Positions 50,901 to 60,815 of a DNA stretch of 64,000 nt are shown one piece after another. Both the position numbers and the translations under genes were made by a program. The stretch comes from Leptolyngbyaceae cyanobacterium (GTDB taxonomy: Bacteria; Cyanobacteriota; Cyanobacteriia; Phormidesmidales; Phormidesmidaceae), in contig CBDHHL010000056.1 in NCBI GenBank assembly GCA_965263355.1, positions 800,001-864,000 of the forward strand, written 5' to 3'. The notes beneath the pieces are model-generated. The model saw nothing but the letters and a program-made list of their open reading frames with translations, was not told the DNA's origin and ran no database searches. The stretch's first letter is position 1; every line of letters starts with the position of its first letter.

Positions 50901-52394
50901 GTGTCGGTTGTGCTTATGTCGCCCAGTCCATCGCTACCCTTTAATTCCCTTCCCGAGGGCAGCACCCTGCCGGGCGGCACACCTGTTTTTGCACTCAAAG
51001 AGTTGGTGGCACGGCTCCAGCGAGAACAATATAAAATTCAGGATTTGCTGAGTTCTTTAGGGTTTGCCCTCAGAAGTCTCAACAATATCAGCCAGTTTTT
51101 AGAACTGATTCCCATGATTGCCAGTCGGGTCACCGACGCTACCGGGGGAGCACTGGTTTTATTTCGTCCCAATGGTCAGTTACGGTTAGAGCGGCTTTAC
51201 TGCCCGACGAACGACAGCTGTCAAACCGTGCGCTATGCCCTGGAATCAGCCACCCGACAAATTACATCATCCCTAGCGGTTTCTCTCAATCCTAAAGGGG
51301 CAGAGGGGGAAGCAGTGGCCCTGACCCACCAGGCTGCCCGCAGTGCCATGGTGACGTTAGATCAACAATTAAATCACTTTCTGGCCCCCGAGCTGAAGCT
51401 ATTTGGTACCTCTATCATCGTTCAAAATGTGGAGCGTGGTCGTTTATATGTCTTTAGTGATGATGGGGATTATGCTTGGACAGAAACTCGGCAAAAACTA
51501 GTGCGGCTGGTGGCGGATCAAACTGCCGTAGCTATTGAAAATGATGAACTCACACTGGCACTACGCAAAAAAGAACGTCTGGATAGAGAATTAGAACTAG
51601 GTGCGGAAATCCAGGAGAAACTCCTGCCACGCCAATGTCCGGTGATTGAGGGCGTCGATCTGGCCGCTCGTTGCCAGACCGCTCAAAAAGTGGGCGGAGA
51701 CTATTATGACTTTATTCCCACTACCTATGACCAGCTACGTAATCCTACTACGCAGCTATCTTCGGCCCAGTCCTGGAGTATTGCGATTGGCGATGTGATG
51801 GGCAAAGGGGTGCCAGCGGGTTTAATTATGACCATGCTGCGAGGTATGTTGCGGGCAGAAGTGCTTAACGATCATTCCCCTGGGCAAATTTTGCAGAATC
51901 TCAACTGCGTAATGCATAACGATTTGGAGAGTTCCAATCGATTTGTAACGCTGTTTTATGCAGAGTATGACCCAAGAACCCAGCTATTTGCCTATGGTAA
52001 TGCGGCCCATAATCCGCCCCTACTGTGGCAGGCTTCAAGCAATACTATTAGTCGATTAGACGCCGATGGCATGTTACTGGGGCTAGATATTGACACCCGT
52101 TACCACGAGGGGCAGGTACAGCTTTATCCTGGCGATGTGGTAATTTTCTATACCGACGGGTTTACCGATGCTGCGAATATTCGCGGTGAGCGTTTCGATG
52201 AAGATAATTTGATTAAGGCCGTACGCTGGGCCTGTCGTAATTTGGCAAGCTCCCAAGAAATTTTGGAATATTTGTTCAATTTGCTACGCCATTTTATTGG
52301 TCCTGATCGCTCAAAAGACGACGATACGACACTGGTGGTGATGAAGGTCACGCAACCGGCAGAGTTCCGACAGTTGTCTGCGATTGAATCGTAG
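50901..52394 (+). CDS. GAF + PP2C/SpoIIE Ser/Thr phosphatase (RsbU-like)
   Basis: VGGDYYDF, IGDVMGKGVPAGL, NAAHNPP, YTDGFTDA, DDDTT. Confidence 0.92.
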   Translation: MSVVLMSPSPSLPFNSLPEGSTLPGGTPVFALKELVARLQREQYKIQDLLSSLGFALRSLNNISQFLELIPMIASRVTDATGGALVLFRPNGQLRLERLYCPTNDSCQTVRYALESATRQITSSLAVSLNPKGAEGEAVALTHQAARSAMVTLDQQLNHFLAPELKLFGTSIIVQNVERGRLYVFSDDGDYAWTETRQKLVRLVADQTAVAIENDELTLALRKKERLDRELELGAEIQEKLLPRQCPVIEGVDLAARCQTAQKVGGDYYDFIPTTYDQLRNPTTQLSSAQSWSIAIGDVMGKGVPAGLIMTMLRGMLRAEVLNDHSPGQILQNLNCVMHNDLESSNRFVTLFYAEYDPRTQLFAYGNAAHNPPLLWQASSNTISRLDADGMLLGLDIDTRYHEGQVQLYPGDVVIFYTDGFTDAANIRGERFDEDNLIKAVRWACRNLASSQEILEYLFNLLRHFIGPDRSKDDDTTLVVMKVTQPAEFRQLSAIES

Positions 52395-52418
52395 GGGCAT
52401 TGCATGCAATACCCCTAC
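52391..52418. repeat. GTAG-type REP-like palindrome overlapping the phosphatase stop codon
   Basis: GTAGGGGCATTGCATGCAATACCCCTAC. Confidence 0.85.
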
Positions 52419-52560
52419 TTGATGTTATCTAGGTGTAGTGCAATGATCGACTTGCCTTAAACTGCGTTCAAAGGGTAACCTGTGGCTCTCTCCAGGATCA
52501 AGCTCAATTCTGAACGTGAATAAGGTTTAGTGATTTGTCTACCAATTTTTAACAAGCCCC

Positions 52561-52794
52561 ATGAAAATTGACACGTATACGGTTTCCTTTGATGATTTCG
52601 CCCCCTTGAACGCACCTCTACTAGACCAGCCAGTGACTATGGTGACAGCTCCTGTAATCGCTCAACAGTTTGAAGACAATTTTGCGAGTCGGTCTGGAGA
52701 GATTCTGAATAATTTTGTCGAGTCTGGACAATTGTGGGCATTGCTGATTGGTGTGGTTTTGGGCTACGCCATTCGCGGGATTACTACTTATTAG
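52561..52794 (+). CDS. Small hypothetical membrane protein
   Basis: [20 protein letters not shown]-terminal TM segment. Confidence 0.7.
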   Translation: MKIDTYTVSFDDFAPLNAPLLDQPVTMVTAPVIAQQFEDNFASRSGEILNNFVESGQLWALLIGVVLGYAIRGITTY

Positions 52795-52849
52795 CCGGGC
52801 TACTATTTACTGTTCACCACTTACTTGCAGGAGTTTTTACGATTTGAGT

Positions 52850-54235
52850 ATGTCATCCACTCCCTGGAGTCAGCGGTTTGAAACAGGGTTACATCCGGTT
52901 ATTGCTGAGTTTAATGCCAGCATCGGGTTTGATATTGCCCTGGTTGACTACGATCTGACAGGGTCTCAGGCCCATGCAAAGATGCTGGCTAAGGTTGGTA
53001 TTATTTCCGATGCTGAGGGACAGCAACTGGTGGATGGGTTGGAAACAATTCGTCAGGAATATCAGCAGGGCACATTTACCCCCGGTGTGGACGAGGAGGA
53101 TGTGCACTTTGCCGTAGAACGTCGGCTGACAGAGCTGTTGGGCCCCTTGGGCAAAAAGCTGCATACGGGGCGTTCGCGGAATGACCAGGTAGGTACGGAT
53201 ATACGATTGTATTTGCGATCGCATATCCGTACGATTCGCACCCTACTGCGAGATTTCCAAAAAGCTTTACTCACCCATGCAGAGATCCACGTAGAGACGC
53301 TGATTCCAGGTTATACCCATCTGCAACGGGCCCAACCCTTGAGTTTGGCCCATCATTTACTGGCCTATGTGGAGATGGCTCAGCGTGACTATGAGCGTTT
53401 GGGGGACGTGGCCAAACGAGTTAATATATCTCCCCTGGGAGCTGGCGCTTTGGCTGGAACCACCTTCCCGATTGATCGCCATTACACGGCAGAGCAGCTA
53501 GCCTTTGAGCGCATCTATGCCAATAGTCTGGATGCGGTTAGTGACCGAGACTTTGCCATTGAATTTGCAGGTGCCGCCAGTTTGATTATGGTGCACCTGT
53601 CCCGTTTGGCTGAGGAAGTCATTTTTTGGGCTTCAGAAGAATTTCGGTTTGTTACCCTTACCGATAGCTGCTCCACTGGCTCAAGCATTATGCCCCAAAA
53701 GAAAAATCCTGATGTGCCGGAGCTAATACGAGGTAAGACCGGTCGTGTATTTGGCCATTTACAGGGGTTGTTGACCATGATGAAGGGGCTGCCCCTGGCC
53801 TACAACAAAGATCTACAAGAAGATAAAGAAGCCCTGTTTGACACTGTTAAGACAGTTCAATCCTGTCTTCAGGCGATGACTATTCTTTTGCACCAGGGTC
53901 TGGAGTTTCGACCGCAGCGGCTAACAGAGGCCGTCACCAGTGATTTCTCTAATGCCACAGATGTTGCCGATTATCTAGCGGCTAAGGGGATTCCCTTTCG
54001 AGATGCTTACAATCTAGTGGGCACTGTTGTGAAGACATCTCTCGCTAATGGCAAATTACTAAAGGACCTTTCCCTGGAAGAGTGGCAAGCAATTCATCCT
54101 GCCTTTGAGATGGATATTTATGATGCGATCGCACCACAACAGGTCGTCGCTGCCCGCAATAGTCTAGGAGGTACTGGCTTTAATCAGGTCAGACAGGCAT
54201 TAGCAAAAGTAAAAGCCCTGGTTGAAACCAATTAA
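52850..54235 (+). CDS. argH: Argininosuccinate lyase
   Basis: [37 protein letters not shown] at 52850. Confidence 0.97.
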   Translation: MSSTPWSQRFETGLHPVIAEFNASIGFDIALVDYDLTGSQAHAKMLAKVGIISDAEGQQLVDGLETIRQEYQQGTFTPGVDEEDVHFAVERRLTELLGPLGKKLHTGRSRNDQVGTDIRLYLRSHIRTIRTLLRDFQKALLTHAEIHVETLIPGYTHLQRAQPLSLAHHLLAYVEMAQRDYERLGDVAKRVNISPLGAGALAGTTFPIDRHYTAEQLAFERIYANSLDAVSDRDFAIEFAGAASLIMVHLSRLAEEVIFWASEEFRFVTLTDSCSTGSSIMPQKKNPDVPELIRGKTGRVFGHLQGLLTMMKGLPLAYNKDLQEDKEALFDTVKTVQSCLQAMTILLHQGLEFRPQRLTEAVTSDFSNATDVADYLAAKGIPFRDAYNLVGTVVKTSLANGKLLKDLSLEEWQAIHPAFEMDIYDAIAPQQVVAARNSLGGTGFNQVRQALAKVKALVETN

Positions 54236-54260
54236 TCATCAATAGATATTGGTTAATCTT

Positions 54261-54974
54261 TTACCGGTATCGAGAATCGTTCCAGTCGTAGTTCGATGTT
54301 GTGGATTGTGGTTTTGGGGTTTGATAGTCGTAGTTACGTTTAGGATGCCAGGATGTCTCACCATAGGTACCAGGCCGCCAAACCGTACCATGGTCAGAGT
54401 GATGGCTATGGCGTTTATCGTAACCTGAGTCATAACTGCCTGAGGTGGCATATTCATCAGTGGCCGCAGAATGAACGGCAGCAGCATAGGGCTCAGTTGG
54501 AGCTGGCTCTTCAGTTGGATTGCCTCGTCTAGCCGCACCGGCGCGTTTACACTTGCGTAGCAACGATTCCCACGTCAAGTTTGGCTGTCCTAATGCTGCT
54601 CGAAACTGATCTAACAAAGCAGCTGCATTTGCATCTACTGTGGCCGCATAGGAACGGCGTACCAAAGGACGAGACGCTCGTAGAGGGTCCACTTGTACCG
54701 CCGCAATTGCCTGCCTAACTGCATTGCTAATGTCTTTACGCAGCTCGTATTTGGCCTTGTGATACTGAGATTGCCAACCTTTCTCACTTACCGCATACAG
54801 AGAGGGAAGCCGATTTAAGGCATAGGTTTCCACTTCTATCGACTTAACATATTTGAGAATGCGAGATGGTAGCTGACGCAGCTGATGTTCAACTTCTTCC
54901 GCCACCAAGAGTTCCATGACATTAATGTATTCCCGTGGGGGAGGCGCTTTTACATCAACCATGGCATTCGTCAC
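54261..54974 (-). CDS. ComFB-domain protein
   Basis: YINVMELLV.EEV, YALNRLPSLYA.SEKG, VRQAIAAV..DPLR; low-complexity tail. Confidence 0.85.
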   Translation of the reverse strand: MTNAMVDVKAPPPREYINVMELLVAEEVEHQLRQLPSRILKYVKSIEVETYALNRLPSLYAVSEKGWQSQYHKAKYELRKDISNAVRQAIAAVQVDPLRASRPLVRRSYAATVDANAAALLDQFRAALGQPNLTWESLLRKCKRAGAARRGNPTEEPAPTEPYAAAVHSAATDEYATSGSYDSGYDKRHSHHSDHGTVWRPGTYGETSWHPKRNYDYQTPKPQSTTSNYDWNDSRYR

Positions 54975-55922
54975 CTACTTAACAACAATCCCGGCATAAA
55001 GCCATTTCAATCAGGTCATTAGACCTCAGCACTTAATGTCGTAACTGCAACCAGTTTCAACATTGGATTTGGTGGCACATGTAAAACGTGACACTCAGGA
55101 AACGCTCCGGGCGTAAAAGACATTCATTGAGTAAAACCAAGGACACCTTCTTACGCAGGGATAGATCCAAACCACTACATACTTTTCCGGATCGCTATTC
55201 GCAAATTAAGACGACAATGGATATGAAATCTTAATGTTATCCTCGGTGCTCGTAACTACGAAGCCTTATACAGGGGGTGTTACACCCTACCAGTATAACT
55301 ATTACATTGCAAAGTCACGATGCAATATTTGAATAGCTAGCTTTCTTGTCGAAAATCAGGAAAAACAATACGTAAATGATGATTTTGTCAGTCGACAGAT
55401 TGACATTCAATCTATGTATATAAACCTAGGTTAACGTTTATATTTAAAGACTGTCATTACTTAATTTAAGTACATGTATTAACTTAGCTTTTATCAAGAC
55501 TTTTGGGAGCAATAGTATTACTTCAAGGTATGGCAACGGTTTCATGAGTCAGTATCCCAAATAAGATTCAAGCAACTAAACCGAATATTTATTATTTTTC
55601 TAGATAAATAATTCTATTTAACCTGCATGTAGCTGAGTAAGACTGTGTCAGTTTAAGTAATCAATTCATAGGAATTTTCACTGGTAGTCTGACCTCTTTA
55701 AAGGCCAGACTAATGGACATCTAGACGCCATTTTGGTCTGAACGACGACGGCTACTAAAATAAAGACTGACCTGTAAATATCGACTAATGACGGTTTGGG
55801 AGTAGTGATGTTCCAGGCCATAGCTTGATAGATTTATCCGTATTATTACGTAAGAGTCAGACCAAACTGGGTAGGTTCCCGATGTTAGGCCCCCATTAGT
55901 GGGGGAAGGAGTATGGAGCCCC

Positions 55923-56726
55923 TTAAATACCTTTGGGTTTGGGGTAACGGGATGTGGGTGGTCCAGGATTAGAGAGACGGATCAGCGCATCCATTGCCTG
56001 GGGTAAGAAACGGTGGAACCACAGGGCCATATGGCTTTGCCAACCGACGGTAATTTCTGAATTGCGAGACTTAAGTCCGGTGAACAACCCTTGGGCAACT
56101 TCTTCAGTGCTGAGGGGAAGCACCCAGCGAAATAGATTAAACTCTTTCACCATGTCAGTATCTGTCAGTGAGGGTAGCAGTGTGACCACACGCACACCAT
56201 GGGGGGCAAGCTCATGGCGGAGGGCCTGGGTAAAGCCGACAATGGCAAACTTGGTGGCTGAGTAAGTAGCCATTGTCGGAGCAGCCACTTTACCCATGAG
56301 GCTAGAGACATTAACAATCGTCCCTTGACGACGGGAGGCCATGCGACGCCCCACCAACCAGGTGACAGTGTACAACCCAATTAAGTTGGTGGAGAGTTCA
56401 GCATGGGCCTGACCCAGAGGTGTTTTGAGAAAGTTAGATTGATGGGCAATGCCAGCACAATTGACCAACAGATCAAACGGGCCATAATCTTTCCATGTCT
56501 GAGCAACAACAATGTTGACCGCCGTTGCATCGGTGAGATCAACAGATAGGGGAACAGCCTGGGCTCCATATTCACGAATTTCTGTGGCCACTTCCTTCAG
56601 TTTTTGAAGATTACGGGCTATGAGCAGGATGTAACTAGCGCCTTGTTTGGCAAGTTCGATGGCAATGGCACGGCCAATACCCCGAGAAGCTCCGGTAACC
56701 AGAGCCGTCTTTCCTTTCATATTCAT
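55923..56726 (-). CDS. Short-chain dehydrogenase/reductase
   Basis: TGASRGIG, LVNCAG, YSATK. Confidence 0.93.
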   Translation of the reverse strand: MNMKGKTALVTGASRGIGRAIAIELAKQGASYILLIARNLQKLKEVATEIREYGAQAVPLSVDLTDATAVNIVVAQTWKDYGPFDLLVNCAGIAHQSNFLKTPLGQAHAELSTNLIGLYTVTWLVGRRMASRRQGTIVNVSSLMGKVAAPTMATYSATKFAIVGFTQALRHELAPHGVRVVTLLPSLTDTDMVKEFNLFRWVLPLSTEEVAQGLFTGLKSRNSEITVGWQSHMALWFHRFLPQAMDALIRLSNPGPPTSRYPKPKGI

Positions 56727-57000
56727 TTAAAAACCTCCAAAAATGCCTAGTTGGCCCCCTACAAAAGGGCAAGAGAAACCAGGACTGTAATGATGTCTAA
56801 ATATTGCCGAAATATTATTCGGGTGGGTTATTGAGCGGGAACGGCATAGAGTTCGCTATATCTGCTGAAATCCTTTCGGTGTAAACGTTGCTGATCTTTG
56901 GTATAAACTAATTTTCGGGCTATTGATAAGTAGCTATCACAACAGTTGGAATCATTCTCCAAATCAGCGACGGAACAGATGAAATGCGAACTTAAATGAT

Positions 57001-57059
57001 CCACGCTCAAGCCTAAAGCTTCACCACAGAAACAACCACAGGTTTTAACTTGAGCGTGG
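57001..57059 (-). repeat. Dispersed 59-60 bp hairpin repeat, copy 3
   Basis: CCACGCTCAAG..ACAGGTTTTAACTTGAGCGTGG with a perfect 11 bp inverted repeat. Confidence 0.75.
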
Positions 57060-57631
57060 TTTGGACATATGATGCACCAGTGATCATTTCAAATGGCATC
57101 ACAAACAATTCATCGGTCAACACCTTAGCAATTTAAAACAATAGCTGCAACATTTATTTAAGAAGAGTATGACATTCCATAAAAAATGCAGTAGCTTATT
57201 GAGTTGAGCCCATTGCTACACAGGGCATTGGGGAATTTCCAGAAAATCGGAAGTTTCTCCAGAGAGATAGCAATCCCGATCACATTAATTTAGTGTTGCA
57301 CGATACCATAAACTGGATTAAGCCTATCGAAACCCAGTTTTTTCAAAGGTTTTTGCCATTATCAACAATCTTTTATAGTCAACGATAGATGTTGTGTGAG
57401 GGGTGGCCCCCTTAGTATTAAAAAAACAAATAACAGAATTCGGATATTTTGAACCGATTACACCAATCACTACAGATATGTGATGAGAGCACACAATTTG
57501 CAATCGGATCAAAGAAGAGTATTCGAAATTCAAATATGTGATAAAGGTCACTGATGACCGATAAAAAGGCATGAATTGGCTTCAATCGTTATCCTAGGGG
57601 GTATCTCCGTTTTTATACCCCTGATTGATAT

Positions 57632-59431
57632 ATGGCGATTAATTCTGGTGATTCCCTTGTAGCTCAATGTTTTGAAGTGATTGAAGCCCTAATACAGGCG
57701 ACACTAAAGGGCAAAATTAGTTCTAAAGCTCAGGTATATCGTCAACTAGACGAAGGTCTACCGGTAGGAAGTGGAGAAATCTTTGAGCGTTGCTTGACGG
57801 AACGAATGCAGACAGCGGAGCAGGATGAGTCGCTGAAAGGACCACGGATTGTACGGGCTCTGAAGGTAGTACAGGGAGAATGGACTAAGTTACAAAAAAC
57901 GCGACAACGTGAGGAAAAAGTATCGGCGGTAACTGCTCAGATTTCGGCGGCGGATGGAGAGGGTCAGTTAGATACGTTATTAAAATTGTTGGACCCGAAT
58001 CAGTCTCAACCTCCGACCCGTGAACAGCTACAACAACTAGCGGTGTCTCTAGAGGCTGGCAATAATGAGACTTTGGGAAAAGGTATTACTTCAGGACTGG
58101 CAGCGTTTAAGAACTTAGAAGGGGAACTGGTCAGCTGGCTATATGAAACGGGGGGAAGAGACATTGGGTTTGGCTCGGAACAACGTCGGGGACCATGGCA
58201 ATATTGGGCTAGACAGGTGGACTATGCTATACCACAACAGTTATTTGAAACGCTAGCAAAAGGAGAGTCGGTTGTTGAATTGGCACAGGGATGGAACCGC
58301 TTGGATGAGAGTAGCTGGGTCCAATTGGGAATTTTACTCCACTATCTAAAGCAAGGGTTAGTGAAGTGGTTTGACCAACAACCCTATAACGTAAAGTTGG
58401 GAAAAAAACTCTCCTATTCCACTTTTTTGATTTTTGCCAGCATTGAGGCTAGTCTGGCCCAAGGGTTTCAGAGTAGTCGCCCCCACCTGAGTCGAGTCTC
58501 GTTCCAACTGATGCAGCATACTCTCCGCAGCTTTGCTCAGCGGGATGATTTTCCCTTATATGGTGGTGTGTTTGCTGCCTTTGATGGGGGATATTTGCAA
58601 GATACGCTGGATTATTTTAGTGAGCCGCTGAAGCAGGTGCAGGGTACTCAGGAGAAGGCCCGGTTGCTGACGTTGTTAGGCTATTCTCAGCGGACGTTGG
58701 GACGATATGCGGCAGCCCTGGCGTTTCATCAAGAAGCTTTGGAGATTGCCATAACAGCAGGAGATCAGCGCTGTGCGATCGCAAGCTTTAATCATCTGGC
58801 ACGGGTACACGTGTTACAGAAAAACTATGGAGAGGCAAAGAACTTTAGCCAGCGAGCCCTGATTATGGCGCGGCAGCAGGGCGATGCTTTGGGAGAGACG
58901 AATGCGCTAGTGAACTATGGGTATAGTGAAGTGTTTGCGGCGCGGGCCATCGATAGGCCAGACCTGACGGTGTATGAGCAGGCGATTGACTATTTGGAGC
59001 GGGGACGAGATTTAGCGGAAACGCTGGGGGATTTTCAGAGTAAGGCGCTGGCCTATAACAGTATGGGCATCGCCTATAGTATTTCAGGACAACCGGGGTT
59101 GGCGATTGAGGTGTTGGAGAAGGCATTGCCATTAACCCAGACGACGGGGAATGTATATTTGCAAGGGGTCACCTGTACGTATTTGGCGGAGGCGCAGCGG
59201 GCGTTAGGAAATACAGAGGTGGCTGTGCTATATGGGGCATTGGGGATGTATTTGTTGCATCAGCTTGGGTCGTCGGAGTGGCGACAGGGGGCAGGGCTGT
59301 TGCGGGTAATATCGGGCGAGTTAGGGACTGAAGCGTTTGAGCGGGTGTTGCAAGGGCAGCGGCGGCAGATGATTCAGTGGATTGGAGTGGATGGGTTTGA
59401 TTATCTGCCAACGTTGTTGGCGGAATATTGA
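57632..59431 (+). CDS. Tetratricopeptide repeat protein
   Basis: C-terminal TPR-like repeats (LGRYAAALAFHQEALEIA, AYNSMGIAY). Confidence 0.8.
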   Translation: MAINSGDSLVAQCFEVIEALIQATLKGKISSKAQVYRQLDEGLPVGSGEIFERCLTERMQTAEQDESLKGPRIVRALKVVQGEWTKLQKTRQREEKVSAVTAQISAADGEGQLDTLLKLLDPNQSQPPTREQLQQLAVSLEAGNNETLGKGITSGLAAFKNLEGELVSWLYETGGRDIGFGSEQRRGPWQYWARQVDYAIPQQLFETLAKGESVVELAQGWNRLDESSWVQLGILLHYLKQGLVKWFDQQPYNVKLGKKLSYSTFLIFASIEASLAQGFQSSRPHLSRVSFQLMQHTLRSFAQRDDFPLYGGVFAAFDGGYLQDTLDYFSEPLKQVQGTQEKARLLTLLGYSQRTLGRYAAALAFHQEALEIAITAGDQRCAIASFNHLARVHVLQKNYGEAKNFSQRALIMARQQGDALGETNALVNYGYSEVFAARAIDRPDLTVYEQAIDYLERGRDLAETLGDFQSKALAYNSMGIAYSISGQPGLAIEVLEKALPLTQTTGNVYLQGVTCTYLAEAQRALGNTEVAVLYGALGMYLLHQLGSSEWRQGAGLLRVISGELGTEAFERVLQGQRRQMIQWIGVDGFDYLPTLLAEY

Positions 59432-59433
59432 CG

Positions 59434-59769
59434 TTATCTCACAGAATAGGGCGTAAACTGACGCTTAAATTCTGAATGAAACCCGAGGACAATATCGGAT
59501 TCTGGCACGCCTAACGCCACTAACCGTTGCGCAACGGCATCTTCAGTGCCATTGTATTGGACCCAGATTTTGCCGTCTTGAATATCAAAATGTAGAACAG
59601 GACCAAAAACGCGCTTTTTACCCTGCCAGCCAACGTAGATTAGCTGGTAATGCCCCCGTTCGTCATCAAAAATAAGCTGGTTTTGGACAGTATCAGTTGA
59701 TGGAGACGTGCCAGCGTGATCGGTCAAAATTTGTTTAATTGCATTTTGATACTGAGCTAGTTTATCCAT
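59434..59769 (-). CDS. xisI: XisI family protein
   Basis: MDKL..Y, GW....RV.G..LH.DI.DGKIW.Q..GTE, GVP.SDIVLGF. Confidence 0.93.
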   Translation of the reverse strand: MDKLAQYQNAIKQILTDHAGTSPSTDTVQNQLIFDDERGHYQLIYVGWQGKKRVFGPVLHFDIQDGKIWVQYNGTEDAVAQRLVALGVPESDIVLGFHSEFKRQFTPYSVR

Positions 59770-60173
59770 CGCTGAATCTCCTCGGCCTCGGGTTCATATA
59801 CGATTAGTCTCACTTGATAACGCGTTAACGACCTTTGAATGAAGGGAAGCTGGATAAAATCTTCATAGGTTGTGACGGGCAGGGCCAGAAATATACGCCT
59901 ATCAGGTTCTTGCTCTTCTAGAGCTTGGGCATAGTTGAGGTATTGGCCAAGGGCCATATGAAATGAGCTTATATCTGACTCACTGACAAAGCTTTTGATT
60001 TCTACAGCTATTTTTTCGCTGCCGCGTTCTGCGGCCAGGGTGCTTTCTGCAGCCAAGTCTATCTGTAATTTAATGGCTTCGCTGATGCGGATGGGGTACG
60101 GGTCATGGGTAATGTGCCATCCATCTTTGATCAGGGCGTTTTTGACCTGTTGATGGAAAACATCTCTGGCCAT
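59757..60173 (-). CDS. xisH: XisH family protein
   Basis: MARDVFH..VK.AL.KDGW.IT.DP, KIAVEIKSF, ALGQYLNY. Confidence 0.93.
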   Translation of the reverse strand: MARDVFHQQVKNALIKDGWHITHDPYPIRISEAIKLQIDLAAESTLAAERGSEKIAVEIKSFVSESDISSFHMALGQYLNYAQALEEQEPDRRIFLALPVTTYEDFIQLPFIQRSLTRYQVRLIVYEPEAEEIQRWIN

Positions 60174-60815
60174 TGACTAGTGGAATGTGGTTAGACGCCA
60201 ATATGCTAGCACTTGTGCATTCAATACCGGGGTTAGAAATGGAGGTGTTTGGAAAACCTGAGGATCTGTAAATCTTAGTCAGTAGTGTGAGCCCGTAATT
60301 TGGGACTGGTACAAGACGCTGCCCAAATTACAGGATTATCCAAGGGCAAAATACCCTGGATTAGATTTGATGTGGTTTATGTAACAGGGAACACACAAGC
60401 AGCCATCACATCATCAGCTGTGAGTACAACCTAGCAAATAGCCTGGGTTCAGAAACTCTATTGGCCTATTCGCCAAAGTTTGACGTCTCACGTTTAACTA
60501 ATGATCTCTACAGTCTATACACCCTAGATCCGTAACATCCCTGAAGGATGTCGGACGGATTTTCCAAATTTGGAAAATGTGGCCCCTAATGCCTATAAGG
60601 GTATTTACGGGCGATAGGGACCGGATATGCAGTGAGGTGTCAATTTTTTTGTAGGCGGAGTCTGGTGGGGATGCTCAACTAGCAGCTGGGCAATAGATGG
60701 CTAAAAATGCAAAGATGCCTTAAAGATGATAATTCGGTGATTAGAGAGCGTAGGGCTGTGGGATGCTGATGAATGAATTTAGTCTATTCATTGCCTCTAA
60801 GCCCCAAGGCACATT

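Noticed and set aside
55293..55305. GTA-N7-TAC resembling an NtcA site
   Set aside because: Spacing is 7, not the canonical 8
56828..57572. Short minus-strand ORFs of 60 and 82 aa, and 49371-49592
   Set aside because: No recognisable motifs or RBS; likely spurious intergenic ORFs
40057..60246. 17 bp identity GGGTTAGAAATGGAGGT in hmpA and near 60230
   Set aside because: A single match of this length in 64 kb is plausible by chance and it does not extend
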